From positions 19,512 through 83,511 of the forward strand of contig CAVTCI010000018.1 in the NCBI GenBank assembly GCA_963733245.1: a DNA stretch of 64,000 nt, written 5' to 3'. The translations under genes and the position numbers were made by a program. The notes under the pieces are model-generated. The model was not told the origin of the DNA and searched no databases. It was given only the letters and a program-made list of their open reading frames with translations. Below, in pieces: positions 25,342-35,098 of this stretch. Each line of letters starts with the position of its first letter. The first letter of the stretch is position 1. Source of the stretch: an uncultured Solirubrobacterales bacterium (GTDB lineage Bacteria; Actinomycetota; Thermoleophilia; Solirubrobacterales; Solirubrobacteraceae).

Positions 25342-26654
25342 AGCGCCGCCTCGTCCTGGCGATCGCCGGCGTGGCCGCGTGCGCCGTGGCCCTCTTCGCC
25401 CTGCCCCTGGGCGTCGTGCTCCAGCGCAGCTACCGCGACGAGGAACTGCTTCGCCTCCAGCGCGACACGGTGGCCGCGACGCGCGGCATCGACCTGAGCA
25501 CGACCGCGGGCGATCGGGTCGAGCTGCCGCCGTCGAAGGACCGCCTGGCGATCTACGACGCCGGGGGCGGGCTGGTCGCCGGGCGGGGTCCGGCGCGCGC
25601 CGGCGCCGCCGCGATCGGAGCCCTGCGGACCCGCCGGCCGGCCGGATCGGCCGACGCCACCGGACTGCGGGTGGCGGTGCCGCTGCTGAGCGGGGAGCGG
25701 GTCACCGGCGTGGTCGTCGCCCAGCGCGACGGGGGCGCCGTGGCCGGGCGGACCGAGCGGGCCTGGCTCGCCCTCGGCGGCCTGGCGGCCGGGCTGGTCG
25801 CGCTCTCGGTACTGGCCGCGCTCGCCCTCGGGAGCCGGCTCGCCGGACCGCTGGAGACGCTGGCCGCGGTGGCCCGGAAGGTGGGGGAGGGGGACTTCGC
25901 CGCGCGGGCGAAGCCGGTGGGGATCCGGGAGATCGACGACGTCGGCGGGGCGCTCGACCGGAGCTCGCACCGGATCGAGGAGCTAGTCAACCGGGAGCGG
26001 GCGTTCAGCGCCGATGCCTCGCATCAGCTCCGGACGCCGCTGACCGCCCTGCGCCTCGAGCTCGAGGCGCTCGCCCTCGAGCAGGACGCGGTCGAGCTGG
26101 CGGCGGCGCTGACCCAGGTCGACCGGCTCCAGGGCACGGTGGAGACGCTCCTAGCCGTCGCCCGGGGGACGCCGCCGGCCGTCCGGACGACCGACCTGGT
26201 CCGGCTCGTCCGCGAGGTCGAAGCCCGGTGGCACGGGCCGCTGGCCGCGGCGGGGCGCCCGCTGCGGGTGCGGGTCGAGGCCAGGCCGGCCGTCGCGGCG
26301 GTGTCGCCGGCGGTGGTCGGCGAGATCGTCGACGTGCTGGTCGAGAACGCCCAGGCGCACGGGGCCGGCGCCGTCGGGGTCAGGGTCTGCCGCCTCGGGC
26401 ACGCGCTGACCGTCGAGGTCGACGATCGGGGCCCAGGCTTCGGTCCCGACCCGGAGGCCGCCTTCGTCCGGGGCGTGGGCCGGGGGCACGGGATCGGGCT
26501 GGCGCTCGCCCGGTCGCTCGCCCACGCCGAGGGCGCCCGGCTCGAGGTGACCCGCCCGGGACCGGAGCCGATCGTCTCGCTGCTGATGCCGGCCGCGGGC
26601 GCCGAGAACTGCCGGCCGGTGGGGGCTCAGCGGTCGGGCGGGCGCGAGACGTAG
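25338..26654 (+). CDS. sensor histidine kinase
   Basis: GTG 25338 overlaps the regulator stop (GTGA). Two TM helices, a HAMP region, the H-box FSADASHQLRTPLTAL, and N/G boxes (VENAQAHG, DDRGPGF, GHGIGLALA). Confidence 0.9.
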   Translation: MKRRLVLAIAGVAACAVALFALPLGVVLQRSYRDEELLRLQRDTVAATRGIDLSTTAGDRVELPPSKDRLAIYDAGGGLVAGRGPARAGAAAIGALRTRRPAGSADATGLRVAVPLLSGERVTGVVVAQRDGGAVAGRTERAWLALGGLAAGLVALSVLAALALGSRLAGPLETLAAVARKVGEGDFAARAKPVGIREIDDVGGALDRSSHRIEELVNRERAFSADASHQLRTPLTALRLELEALALEQDAVELAAALTQVDRLQGTVETLLAVARGTPPAVRTTDLVRLVREVEARWHGPLAAAGRPLRVRVEARPAVAAVSPAVVGEIVDVLVENAQAHGAGAVGVRVCRLGHALTVEVDDRGPGFGPDPEAAFVRGVGRGHGIGLALARSLAHAEGARLEVTRPGPEPIVSLLMPAAGAENCRPVGAQRSGGRET

Positions 26655-26856
26655 CGCGAGGCGTTGCGCACGAAGGACGACCGGCGGCTCATCGTCGTCC
26701 GGGGCGTCGAGCCGGGCGCGGCCGAGCGCGTCCAGGAGCGAGTCCGCTCGGAGCTGCCGATACGTCCGCGCCTGAGGGCGCGGCGAACCTGGTCGAGAGC
26801 GGTTGGCGTGGTGTCCACCTCCGGTATACACCGCCGGGCGCCGGCCGTAACACCTC

Positions 26857-26921
26857 CTCAGGTCGGTGATCGTGACCGGCGCCCCGAGGCTCAGGCGGTG
26901 ATCGTGACCGGCGTCCCGAGG
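26857..26921. repeat. tandem duplication (33 + 32 nt) of the L,D-transpeptidase 3' end including its stop codon
   Basis: ctcaggtcggtgatcgtgaccggcgccccgagg followed by ctcaggcggtgatcgtgaccggcgtcccgagg. The functional stop (tca, 26891-93) lies in copy 2. Confidence 0.8.
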
Positions 26922-27643
26922 GGAAGGAGATGGGCGAGGCGGGTGATCTCGGGGTTGCTGACGTGGATGCAGCCATGGCTGACGTCGGCCCCGATCCCGC
27001 CCGGGTCGTTGGTCCCGTGGATGGCGATCTGTCCGGGGCCGCTCCCGAACGTCTGGAGCACGTTCGAGTAGGCCGAGAGGCCGAGCGCGTAGGGGCCGAA
27101 CGGGCCGCCGGGATCGGTGAGCCGGAACTGCTGGATGATGTAGTAGAGGCCGTGGGGCGTCGGCGTCACCACCCGGCCGACGCCGATCGGCTGGCGGTCG
27201 AGCAGCCGCTGGCCGCGCCAGAGGAGGAGGCGGTGGCGGCCGAGGCTGACCTCGAGGCGGAACTCGTCGTAGCGGAGCCTGACCTCGGAGGCGCGGATCC
27301 AGGCGATGCTCTGGTTGGGGCGGACCGGCAGGCGGACCTGGAGCCATCCGGGTTGGGAGCGCCGGACGAGCAGGATCAGCGGAAACCGGGGATCGGGGCT
27401 CCGCTGGACGCGGAGGGGCCGCCCGGGACCGGGCCGGCGGTAGAGACGGACGTATCCGCGGGTGGCCTGGGCGACGACGCTGAAGCCCGGACGGGCGAGC
27501 AGGCTGTGGCCGGGGGCGGGCGCCGGGCCGGCGGGCGCCGGTGACGGGCTCGGCGTCGAGGCCGCCGGCCGGTGGGATCCGCCGCAGCCGGCGACGAGGG
27601 CGGCGATCGCCAGGGCGGGGGCGAGGAGGCGGCGGGGTCGCAT
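26891..27643 (-). CDS. L,D-transpeptidase (YkuD domain) lipoprotein
   Basis: ALAIAALVAGCGG lipobox. C-terminal IAIHGTNDPGGIGADVSHGCIHVSN catalytic His/Cys motif. Confidence 0.85.
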   Translation of the reverse strand: MRPRRLLAPALAIAALVAGCGGSHRPAASTPSPSPAPAGPAPAPGHSLLARPGFSVVAQATRGYVRLYRRPGPGRPLRVQRSPDPRFPLILLVRRSQPGWLQVRLPVRPNQSIAWIRASEVRLRYDEFRLEVSLGRHRLLLWRGQRLLDRQPIGVGRVVTPTPHGLYYIIQQFRLTDPGGPFGPYALGLSAYSNVLQTFGSGPGQIAIHGTNDPGGIGADVSHGCIHVSNPEITRLAHLLPLGTPVTITA

Positions 27644-27737
27644 CGCCGGGCAGACTAGTCAAACCACCGGCCCGTGACGCCGGTGTTCGCGGGCGCTCTG
27701 AGACAATGGTCTCCCAGAGGTTCGCCCACCCGATCTG

Positions 27738-28583
27738 ATGCCCCCCGACACCGGCTTCCCGCTGGCCGACGCGCAGAACGACTTCCTCCGCGCGCGCCGT
27801 CGCCAGGCCCTCTCCCACCTGGCTGGGCGCCTGCGGCGCACGCCGGACGACGTCGGGGTGATCCTCCCGTTCGAGGAGGTGGTCGCCGCCCTCGGCCGGA
27901 CGGGCGAGCGGTCGCTCGGCCTCGAGTCGATCCGGCTCGAGTCGATCGTCGGGACCGTCGACCGGACCGGCGACTTCGATCGCCAGTTCCGTCCGACCTC
28001 CTCGCGGGTGCGCTCGCGCTGGGAGTCGATCGCCCAGGCCGAGCGGCGGGGGGCGGCGATGCCGCCGATCTCGGTCTTTCGAATCGGGGGCCTCCACTTC
28101 GTCCGCGACGGCCACCACCGGGTCTCGGTCGCCCGCGCCCTCGGGAGGACGTCGATCGACGCCCAGGTGACCGAGGTGCGGACGCGCCTGGCCCCGAGCG
28201 AGGCGATGACGGTCGGCGATCTGCCGCTCAAGTCGCACGAGCGGGTCTTCCTCGAGCGGGTCCCGCTCGCGCCCGAGCAGGCGCTGCGGATCCGGCTGAC
28301 CGATCCGTGGGGATACGCCGAGCTCGCCGAGGGCGTCGAGGCCTGGGGCTTCCGGCTGATGCAGGACCGCCGGACGATGATGGATCGCCGGGCGGTGGCC
28401 GACGCGTGGTTCGAGGAGGAGTACGCCCCGGTGGTCGAGCTCCTGCGGGAGGCCGAGCTCCTGGACGCGGGCACGGAGACCGAGGCCTACATGCGGGTGG
28501 CCGGGGATCGCTACCGGCTGCTGCGCACCCACAGCTGGAGCGACGAGGTCATCGCCCGGCTGCGCGAGTCGGCTGCCGACTAA
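27738..28583 (+). CDS. ParB/sulfiredoxin-like N-terminal-domain protein
   Basis: 281-aa ORF. PPISVFRIGGLHFVRDGHHRVSVARALG matches the ParB/Srx DGHHR core. The helical C-terminal half is of unknown function. Confidence 0.75.
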   Translation: MPPDTGFPLADAQNDFLRARRRQALSHLAGRLRRTPDDVGVILPFEEVVAALGRTGERSLGLESIRLESIVGTVDRTGDFDRQFRPTSSRVRSRWESIAQAERRGAAMPPISVFRIGGLHFVRDGHHRVSVARALGRTSIDAQVTEVRTRLAPSEAMTVGDLPLKSHERVFLERVPLAPEQALRIRLTDPWGYAELAEGVEAWGFRLMQDRRTMMDRRAVADAWFEEEYAPVVELLREAELLDAGTETEAYMRVAGDRYRLLRTHSWSDEVIARLRESAAD

Positions 28584-28595
28584 CCGATCGCCCGG

Positions 28596-29036
28596 CTGCG
28601 CGGGTCGCGGGCCGGGTGAGGCGGTCGCTCGGGGTGCGCGGGTTGCGGGCCGGGTGAGGCGGTCGCTCGGGTGCGCGGGTTGCGGGCCGGGTGAGGCGGG
28701 CGCTCGGGTGCGCGGGTTGCGGGCCGGGTGAGGCGGGCGCTTGGGTGCGGGGGTTGCGGGCCGGGTGAGGCGGGCGCTTGGGTGCGGGGGTTGCGGGCCG
28801 GGTGAGGCGGGCGCTTGGGTGCGGGGGTTGCGGGCCGGTGAGGCGGTCGCTTGGGTGCGGGGGTTGCGGGCCGGTGAGGCGGTCGCTTGGGTGCGGGGGT
28901 TGCGGGCCGGTGAGGCGGGCGCTTGGGGTGCGGGGGTTGCGGGCCGGTGAGGCGGTCGCTTGGGGTGCGGGGGTTGCGGGCCGGTGAGGCGGGCGCTTGG
29001 GTGCGGGGGTCGCGGGCCGGTGAGCGCGGTCGCTCT
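28596..29036. repeat. minisatellite A: ~12 tandem copies of a 36-37-nt G-rich unit
   Basis: Unit ggtgcg(c/g)gggttgcgggccgg(g)tgaggcgg(t/g)cgct(c/t)g(g). The first copy (ctgcgcgggtcgcgggccgggtgaggcggtcgctcgg) echoes the last 36 nt of the ParB-like gene (ctgcgcgagtcggctgccgactaaccgatcgcccgg). No spacers, and the period is not a multiple of 3. Confidence 0.95.
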
Positions 29037-29037
29037 C

Positions 29038-29338
29038 GGCTGGGCGGGTCGCCGGCCGGCTATCGGGTCGATCTCGGCTGGGCGGGTCGCCGGCCGGCTA
29101 TCGGGTCGCTCGCGGCTGGGCGGGTTGCCGGCCGGCTATCGGGTCGCTCTCGGCTGGGCGGGTTGCCGGCCGGCTATCGGGTCGCTCGCGGCTGGGCGGG
29201 TTGCCGGCCGGCTATCGGGTCGCTCGCGGCTGGGCGGGTCACCGGCCGGCTCCCCGACCGCGCGGCGGCGCGGGTCGCAGGCCGGCTACCGGGTCGCTCT
29301 CGGCTGTGCTCGTAGGCCGGCTACCGGGTCGCTCAGGG
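29038..29338. repeat. minisatellite B: 5 well-conserved plus ~3 degenerate copies of a 38-nt unit
   Basis: Unit ggctgggcgggt(c/t)gccggccggctatcgggtcg(c/a)tc(g/t)c. Each unit carries the perfect 10-bp palindrome gccggccggc. The array ends just before the convergent ABC ATPase stop. Confidence 0.9.
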
Positions 29339-29345
29339 CCGGAGC

Positions 29346-30506
29346 TCAACCCTGCTTGACCGCGGCGCCGGTTTCGGCGTCGAAGAGGTGGAGCTTCTTC
29401 GGGTTGAACCAGAGCTTGGCCTTGCGGCCCTGGCGGATGTCGCTCGCCGCATCGATGCGGGCGACCACCTGGCCGGGCTCGCCGCCCGGGACCTCGGCCC
29501 GGCCGGAGTCCTGGGCGAGCTCGGCGAGCTCGTCGGACCCGACGTGCTCGGACTCGACGGCGAAGTAGGCGAAGCTCTCCGAGCCCATCGACTCGAGGAC
29601 GTCGATGTCGACGGTGAACGTCGTACCCGTATGCCCGCGTTCGGCGGCGATCGCCGCGTCCTCGAAATCCTCGGGTCGGATCCCGACGACCACCTGGCGG
29701 GCCTCCCCGGCGACCGGCTTGTCGAGCTCGACCTTGCCGAGCGGCGTGGTCAACGTCCGGCCCTCGATCCGTCCGGAGAGGAAGTTCATCGCCGGCGACC
29801 CGATGAACCCGGCGACGAACAGGTTGACCGGCCGGGTGTAGAGCTCGCGCGGGGTCCCGACCTGCTGGAGGGCGCCGCTGCGCATGACGGCGACCCGGTC
29901 GCCCAGGGTCATCGCCTCGGTCTGGTCGTGGGTGACGTAGACGGTCGTCGTCCCCAGGCGCTGCTGGATCCGCGAGACCTCGGTTCGCATCTGGACGCGG
30001 AGCTTCGCGTCGAGGTTCGACAGCGGCTCGTCCATCAGGAACGCCTTCGGGTCGCGGACGATCGCCCGGCCCATGGCCACCCGCTGGCGCTGCCCGCCCG
30101 ACAGGTTGGCCGGCTTGCGGTCGAGGTGCTGGGTCAGGTCGAGGATCCGCGCCGCCTCCTCGACCTTCTTGTTGATCTCGCCCTCGTCCACCTTGGCCAG
30201 CTTGAGCGCGAAGCCCATGTTCTCGCGGACCGTCATGTGCGGGTAGAGGGCGTAGTTCTGGAAGACCATCGCGATGTCCCGGTCCTTCGGCGCCTTCTGG
30301 TTGACCACCTCGCCGGCGATCCGCAGCTCTCCGCCGGAGATGTCCTCGAGCCCGGCGATCATCCGCAGGGCGGTCGACTTGCCGCAGCCCGACGGGCCGA
30401 CGAGGATCATGAACTCGCCGTCGGCGATCGTCAGGTCCATGCTCTTGACGGCCTCGAAGCCGTCCGGGTATCGCTTGGTCACGCCGTCGAGAACGATCTC
30501 GGCCAC
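29346..30506 (-). CDS. sugar ABC transporter ATP-binding protein (MalK/UgpC/SugC-like)
   Basis: GTG 30506 preceded by AAGGAGA (VAEIVLDGVTKRYPDG...). GPSGCGKST, LSGGQRQRVAMGRA, FLMDEPLSNLD and a C-terminal TOBE-like domain. Confidence 0.9.
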   Translation of the reverse strand: MAEIVLDGVTKRYPDGFEAVKSMDLTIADGEFMILVGPSGCGKSTALRMIAGLEDISGGELRIAGEVVNQKAPKDRDIAMVFQNYALYPHMTVRENMGFALKLAKVDEGEINKKVEEAARILDLTQHLDRKPANLSGGQRQRVAMGRAIVRDPKAFLMDEPLSNLDAKLRVQMRTEVSRIQQRLGTTTVYVTHDQTEAMTLGDRVAVMRSGALQQVGTPRELYTRPVNLFVAGFIGSPAMNFLSGRIEGRTLTTPLGKVELDKPVAGEARQVVVGIRPEDFEDAAIAAERGHTGTTFTVDIDVLESMGSESFAYFAVESEHVGSDELAELAQDSGRAEVPGGEPGQVVARIDAASDIRQGRKAKLWFNPKKLHLFDAETGAAVKQG

Positions 30507-30517
30507 AACTGTCTCCT

Positions 30518-31348
30518 TTATCCCTTCACAGCGCCGGCGGTCAGTCCCGCGACGATCCGGCGCTGGAAGATCAGGACCATGATGATGATCGGGACGGTGA
30601 CCACCACGGCGGCCGCGGCGATCGATCCGGTCGGTTGCTGGAACTGGGAGGCCCCGGGAAACGCCGCCAGCGCGGCCGGGACCGTCCGCGCGTGGTTGGT
30701 CGAGGTCAGCGACACGGCGAAGACGAAGTCGTTCCAGCAGAAGAGGAAGACGAGGATCGCCGTGGTGAACACGCCCGGGGCGGCCAGCGGGGCGATGACC
30801 TTCCAGAAGGCCTGGAACGGCGTGGCTCCGTCCATCTGCGCCGCCTGCTCGAGCTCGCGGGGAATCTCCCGGAAGAACGCCGACAGGGTGTAGATGCTGA
30901 GCGGGAGGGCGAAGGTCATGTACGGGATGACGAGGCCCTGCCAGGTGTCGAAGAGGTGCAGCGAGCGCCAGAGGTTGAACAGGGGCCCGACGATCGAGAT
31001 CGGCGGGAACATGGCGATGGCCAGCGCGCCCGAGAGGATCGCGGTCTTGCCGGGGAAGTCGAGGCGGGAGATCGCGTAGGCGGCCATCGAGGCGAGGGCG
31101 ACGGCGATCAGGGTGGCGATGATGGCGATGCCGATCGAGTTGCGCAGGGCGTCGGTGAAGATCGTCTGGTTGAAGATGCCCTTGTAGTTCGCGAACGACC
31201 ACTTGGCCGGAAGGAAGTTGCCGTCGGCCAGGGTGCTCGGATCCTTGAGCGAGAGCGAGATGATCCACAGGACGGGGATCAGCGAGAAGGCGACCACCAC
31301 CAGGATGCCGGTGCTCCAGAGGGTGCGCTCCCGCGGCGTGTACTTCAT
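30518..31348 (-). CDS. carbohydrate ABC transporter permease (MalG/SugB-like)
   Basis: Start at ATG 31348 ([19 protein letters not shown]...), overlapping the upstream stop (ATGA). EAA-loop region [20 protein letters not shown]. Confidence 0.9.
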   Translation of the reverse strand: MKYTPRERTLWSTGILVVVAFSLIPVLWIISLSLKDPSTLADGNFLPAKWSFANYKGIFNQTIFTDALRNSIGIAIIATLIAVALASMAAYAISRLDFPGKTAILSGALAIAMFPPISIVGPLFNLWRSLHLFDTWQGLVIPYMTFALPLSIYTLSAFFREIPRELEQAAQMDGATPFQAFWKVIAPLAAPGVFTTAILVFLFCWNDFVFAVSLTSTNHARTVPAALAAFPGASQFQQPTGSIAAAAVVVTVPIIIMVLIFQRRIVAGLTAGAVKG

Positions 31349-32289
31349 TTCGCCTCCCCTTGTTGACTGGCCGAGACGCCGAGCACCTTGATGAAGAGGA
31401 AGGCGAGGAGCGCGACCAGCAGGAACACGAGGACCGAGACGGCCGACCCGAGGCCGAGGTTCAGGCGGTTCAGGAGCTGGTTGTAGCCGAGGATGGAGAC
31501 CGTCTCGGTCCCGTTCTGGCCGGCGGTCTGGATGAAGACGGTGTCGAAGATCCGCACGGCGTCGAGCGTCCGGAAGAGCAGGGCGACGAGAATCGCCGGC
31601 TTGATCAGCGGGAGCGTGATCCGGACGAAGCGCTGCCAGGCATTGGCCCCGTCGACCTTCGCCGCCTCGTGGAGCTCGTCCGGGACGAGGGCGAGGCCGG
31701 CGAGGAGGAGGAGCGCCATGAACGGAGTCGTCTTCCACACCTCGGTCAGGATGATCACCAGGTAGGAGCTGAACTGGCGGGTCAGCGGGTCGTAGCTCAG
31801 GCCGAGCAGCCCGGGGACGAAGCCGGTGTTGGCCGACCAGGCGTAGCGCCAGGCGAAGGCGGCGACCACGGTGACGATGCCGTAGGGGATCAGCGCGGCG
31901 GCGCGGACGGCGCCCCGGCCGAAGATCGCCCGGTGCATGACGAGGGCGAGGCACATCCCGAGGACGAGCTCGAGGGCGACCGAGAAGACGGTGATGATCA
32001 TCGTGTGGGCGACGTCGGCCCACCAGACCGACGAGCCGAGGACGTGCCCGTAGTTGGCCAGGCCGATGAACTTGCTGGCGGCCGGGAAGCGGAGATCCGA
32101 GCGGTGGAGGGAGAGCCAGATCGCGTAGACGATCGGATAGACCGTCACCGCCAGCATCACCACGACCGCCGGGGCGCAGAGGAGCCAGGCGAGGCGGCGC
32201 TCGGCGCGCACCCGGTCGGTCACGCGCTTCGGTCGGCCGGCGGTCGCGCGGACGGCGCCCGGCTCGGCGGGTACGGCCGAGGTGCTCAT
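31345..32289 (-). CDS. carbohydrate ABC transporter permease (MalF/SugA-like)
   Basis: 314-aa ORF. EAA loop [23 protein letters not shown]. The ATG overlaps the binding-protein stop (ATGA). Confidence 0.9.
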   Translation of the reverse strand: MSTSAVPAEPGAVRATAGRPKRVTDRVRAERRLAWLLCAPAVVVMLAVTVYPIVYAIWLSLHRSDLRFPAASKFIGLANYGHVLGSSVWWADVAHTMIITVFSVALELVLGMCLALVMHRAIFGRGAVRAAALIPYGIVTVVAAFAWRYAWSANTGFVPGLLGLSYDPLTRQFSSYLVIILTEVWKTTPFMALLLLAGLALVPDELHEAAKVDGANAWQRFVRITLPLIKPAILVALLFRTLDAVRIFDTVFIQTAGQNGTETVSILGYNQLLNRLNLGLGSAVSVLVFLLVALLAFLFIKVLGVSASQQGEAK

Positions 32290-33548
32290 ATCAGCTCACT
32301 CGAGCTGAGGGCCTTCTTCAGCTCGGAGCCGAGGGCGGACACGATCGAGGCGGTGTTGATCGCGCTGGGCGGCGACAGGGTCTTCTGGATGGCCAGGGAG
32401 ACGTCGCTGTAGAGCGGGGTCTGCGGGCGGACGCTCGCGTTGGCCAGCTGCTCCTTGATCAGCTGATGGAACGGGTACGGCTGGGCCAGCGACGGGTCGT
32501 CGTAGAGGGCGCTCAGGGTCGGCGGGAGCCCGCCCTTGATCGCGCCGACCTTCTGGTGGGCGGCGTTCCGCAGGCAGGCGGCCGCCTCGAAGGCGTCGGC
32601 CGGGTGCTGGGAGTAGGTCGAGACACCGAGGTTGAGGCCGCCGATGGTGACGCGGCTGGGGCTCCCGGCGGTGATCGCCGGGTAACGGGCGTAGCCCATC
32701 TCGGCGGCGATCTTCGGGGCGTTCATCTGGGCGCTCGGATAGACGAACGGGTAGTTGATCTCGAACGCGGCGACGCCCTTCTCGAAGGCGAGCCGGTTGT
32801 CGTCCTCCTGCTGGTTGGTCAGCGACGGGTCGGCGGCGACCGACGTGGCGAGCTGCTTCATGACGCCGGCGGCGACCGCGGCCGGCGGGCCGAGGGCGAC
32901 GGTCGTCGGCCCGCTGAGGATGGTCCCGCCGGCCGAGTTGACCAGGGTGTTGAACCAGACCATCAGCCCCTCGTACTGCTTGCCCTGGATCTCGATGTAG
33001 TGGGGCTTGCCCTGCTTGGCCAGGGCGGTCGCCATCGAGATCATCTCGCTCCAGGTCTGCGGCGGCGTCGGGACGAGATCCTTGCGATACCAGAGGAGCT
33101 GGGTGTTGCTGTTGGCCGGGGCGCCGTACAGGTGCCCCTTGTAGGTGGCGGTCTGGATCGGGACGGCGAGGGTCCCGGCCGTCACCTCCTGGGCGGGGGC
33201 GCCCGTCCACGGCCGCAGCCAGCCGGCCTCGGCGAACTCGGGGGTCCAGACCACGTCCATCCCGATGATGTCGATCGAGGAGTCCTTGGCGGCCAGGCGG
33301 CGGACGAGCTGCTGGCGCTGGCTGTCGGCGTCGGAGGGCAGCGTCTGGATCGAGATCGTGTACCGACCGCCGGAGGCCTTCGAGCAATCGGACGCCGCCT
33401 GGTCGAAGGCCCCGGAATGCTCGGGGAACACGTACCAGTTGAGCGTCGCGCGGCCGCCCGAGGAGCTCGAGCCGCCGCACGCGCCGACCACCGCGGCGAT
33501 CAGGCCGACCATCGCGACGTTCACGGCAACCCTCAGCGTCCTGCCCAC
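32286..33548 (-). CDS. sugar ABC transporter substrate-binding lipoprotein (LpqY-like)
   Basis: Start placed at GTG 33548, downstream of GGGAGGAAGG ([26 protein letters not shown], lipobox); 33563 and 33617 are alternatives. Family 1 solute-binding fold (LNWYVFPE...[20 protein letters not shown]). Confidence 0.85.
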   Translation of the reverse strand: MGRTLRVAVNVAMVGLIAAVVGACGGSSSSGGRATLNWYVFPEHSGAFDQAASDCSKASGGRYTISIQTLPSDADSQRQQLVRRLAAKDSSIDIIGMDVVWTPEFAEAGWLRPWTGAPAQEVTAGTLAVPIQTATYKGHLYGAPANSNTQLLWYRKDLVPTPPQTWSEMISMATALAKQGKPHYIEIQGKQYEGLMVWFNTLVNSAGGTILSGPTTVALGPPAAVAAGVMKQLATSVAADPSLTNQQEDDNRLAFEKGVAAFEINYPFVYPSAQMNAPKIAAEMGYARYPAITAGSPSRVTIGGLNLGVSTYSQHPADAFEAAACLRNAAHQKVGAIKGGLPPTLSALYDDPSLAQPYPFHQLIKEQLANASVRPQTPLYSDVSLAIQKTLSPPSAINTASIVSALGSELKKALSSSELI

Positions 33549-33624
33549 GGCCTTCCTCCCCACAGAAAAAGCGCCCTGCCGACACCGTACATACCCCGGC
33601 GTGCGGATTGCAAGCAAGATTCGC

Positions 33625-35058
33625 CTACGGCGCCCGGGCCACCCAGCCGGCGCGCGCCGGGAGCACCGCCGGGTCGGCCGGGACGCCGGGCTCGGTGGCC
33701 AGGACGATCTCCCCGTGGGCCGGCGCCGGCGCCGGCGCCGAGCCGAGGTTCAGGGCGACCACGTAGTCGCCGCGCGCGTACGCGAGGACGGTCTCGGCGG
33801 CCTCGAGGAAGCGCAACTCCGGCCCGAGCTCGCGGCGGAGGGCGATCAGATCCCGGTAGAGGCGGAGCACGGATCCGGGATCGCGCTCCTGATCGGCGAC
33901 GTTGCGCGCGAGCGGGTCGGCCGGCGCCAGCCAGGGCGTGCCGGTGGAGAACCCGCCGCCCGGCGTCGGCTCCCACTGCATCGGCGTCCGGGCGCCGTCC
34001 CGACCGGCGCGGTCGAGCGGGGGATCGGGCGCCGCCCCGTCGGCCATCCCGAGCTCGTCGCCCTGGTAGATGAAGGTCGGCCCGGGCAGCGTGAGCAGGA
34101 GCATCGAGGCGACGCGGACGTTCTCGGGCCCGATCCGGCTGGCCAGGCGCGGGAAGTCGTGGTTGGAGACGACCCAGCCGATCTGGCCGGTCGCGTGGGC
34201 CGCCTCGATCACCGCGCGCAGGCGGTCGGCCCGCAGCGGCGCGTGGAGGAGCTCGAAGGAGAAGGCGAGGTCGAGGTGCTCGAGGTAGGGGCCGAGGTCG
34301 GCCGTCGGGAGGTAGACCTCGCCGATCATCAGGTGCGGGCCGATCGCCGCCCGCAGCGCGGCGAGCGGCCGCCCGACGTCCGGCTGGTTGGCCGAATGGC
34401 GCCGCTCCAGGCGGGCGGCCTCCGGGTGCACCGGGAGGAGGGCGGCCGCCGGGGCGGGCGGATCGTCGCGGAGGGCGGCATCCTTGAGGAGGCGGTCGAG
34501 GGCGTCGAGGCGAAACCCGTCGACCCCGCGGGCCAGCCACAGGCGCACGACCTCCCCCATGGCGGCGGCGACCGCCGGGTTGCGCCAGTCGAGGTCGGGC
34601 TGCTCGGCGAAGAACGAATGCAGGTACCAGCGTCCGGTGGGCCCGTCCCGCGTCCAGGCCGAGCCGCCGAAGCTGGCGATCCAGTTGTTCGGCGGGCCGT
34701 CGTCGGCCCAGATGTAGCGATCCGGGTGCTCGCGGAACCAGGGGTGCTCGATCGACGTGTGACACGGGATGAGGTCGAGCAGCAGCCGCAGGCCACGGGC
34801 GTGGGCGCCGTCGACCAGGGCGTCGAAGTCGGCCAGGGTGCCGAGCGTCGGGTCGACGGTCGTGTAGTCGGACACGTCGTAGCCGTAGTCGGCCAGCGGG
34901 GACGGATGGATCGGCGAGAGCCAGATCGCGTCGGCCCCGAGGCCGGCGATGTGATCGAGGCGGGCGGTGATCCCGGCCAGGTCGCCGACGCCGTCCCCGT
35001 CGCTGTCCTGGAACGAGCGCGGGTAGATCTGGTAGATCACGGCGTCCTGCCACCACAT
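33625..35058 (-). CDS. GH13 alpha-glucosidase / oligo-1,6-glucosidase-like hydrolase
   Basis: MWWQDAVIYQIYPRSFQDSDGDGVGDL..., GVDGFRLDAL (nucleophile), IGEVY (acid/base), VSNHDFPR. Start set to ATG 35058 because the ATG at 35100 would overlap the divergent gene's start. Confidence 0.85.
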   Translation of the reverse strand: MWWQDAVIYQIYPRSFQDSDGDGVGDLAGITARLDHIAGLGADAIWLSPIHPSPLADYGYDVSDYTTVDPTLGTLADFDALVDGAHARGLRLLLDLIPCHTSIEHPWFREHPDRYIWADDGPPNNWIASFGGSAWTRDGPTGRWYLHSFFAEQPDLDWRNPAVAAAMGEVVRLWLARGVDGFRLDALDRLLKDAALRDDPPAPAAALLPVHPEAARLERRHSANQPDVGRPLAALRAAIGPHLMIGEVYLPTADLGPYLEHLDLAFSFELLHAPLRADRLRAVIEAAHATGQIGWVVSNHDFPRLASRIGPENVRVASMLLLTLPGPTFIYQGDELGMADGAAPDPPLDRAGRDGARTPMQWEPTPGGGFSTGTPWLAPADPLARNVADQERDPGSVLRLYRDLIALRRELGPELRFLEAAETVLAYARGDYVVALNLGSAPAPAPAHGEIVLATEPGVPADPAVLPARAGWVARAP

Positions 35059-35071
35059 CGGTGGGGCCAAT

Positions 35072-35088
35072 CTACCGCCGGGCGGTAG
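35072..35088. promoter_or_regulatory. perfect 8+1+8 palindrome in the 40-nt divergent intergenic region (candidate operator)
   Basis: ctaccgcc g ggcggtag, lying between the glucosidase start (35058) and the oxidase start (35099). Confidence 0.4.
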
Positions 35089-35098
35089 CCTCGCGGTC

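Noticed and set aside
26627-26818. 63-aa minus-strand ORF (and alternative frames) in the HK/ldt convergent gap, with reasonable G/C third-position bias.
   Set aside because: It has no recognisable domain and overlaps the HK 3' end. Three different frames here look equally plausible in this composition, so it cannot be supported.
26151-28532. 793-aa minus-strand ORF spanning the HK 3' end, ldt and the ParB-like gene.
   Set aside because: It is off-frame or antisense to three supported genes, with an Arg/Pro-rich translation.
28596-29338. The repeat arrays might be a CRISPR array.
   Set aside because: The units are contiguous with no unique spacers. There are two different unit families of 36-38 nt and no cas genes or leader. 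It is a minisatellite, not a CRISPR array.
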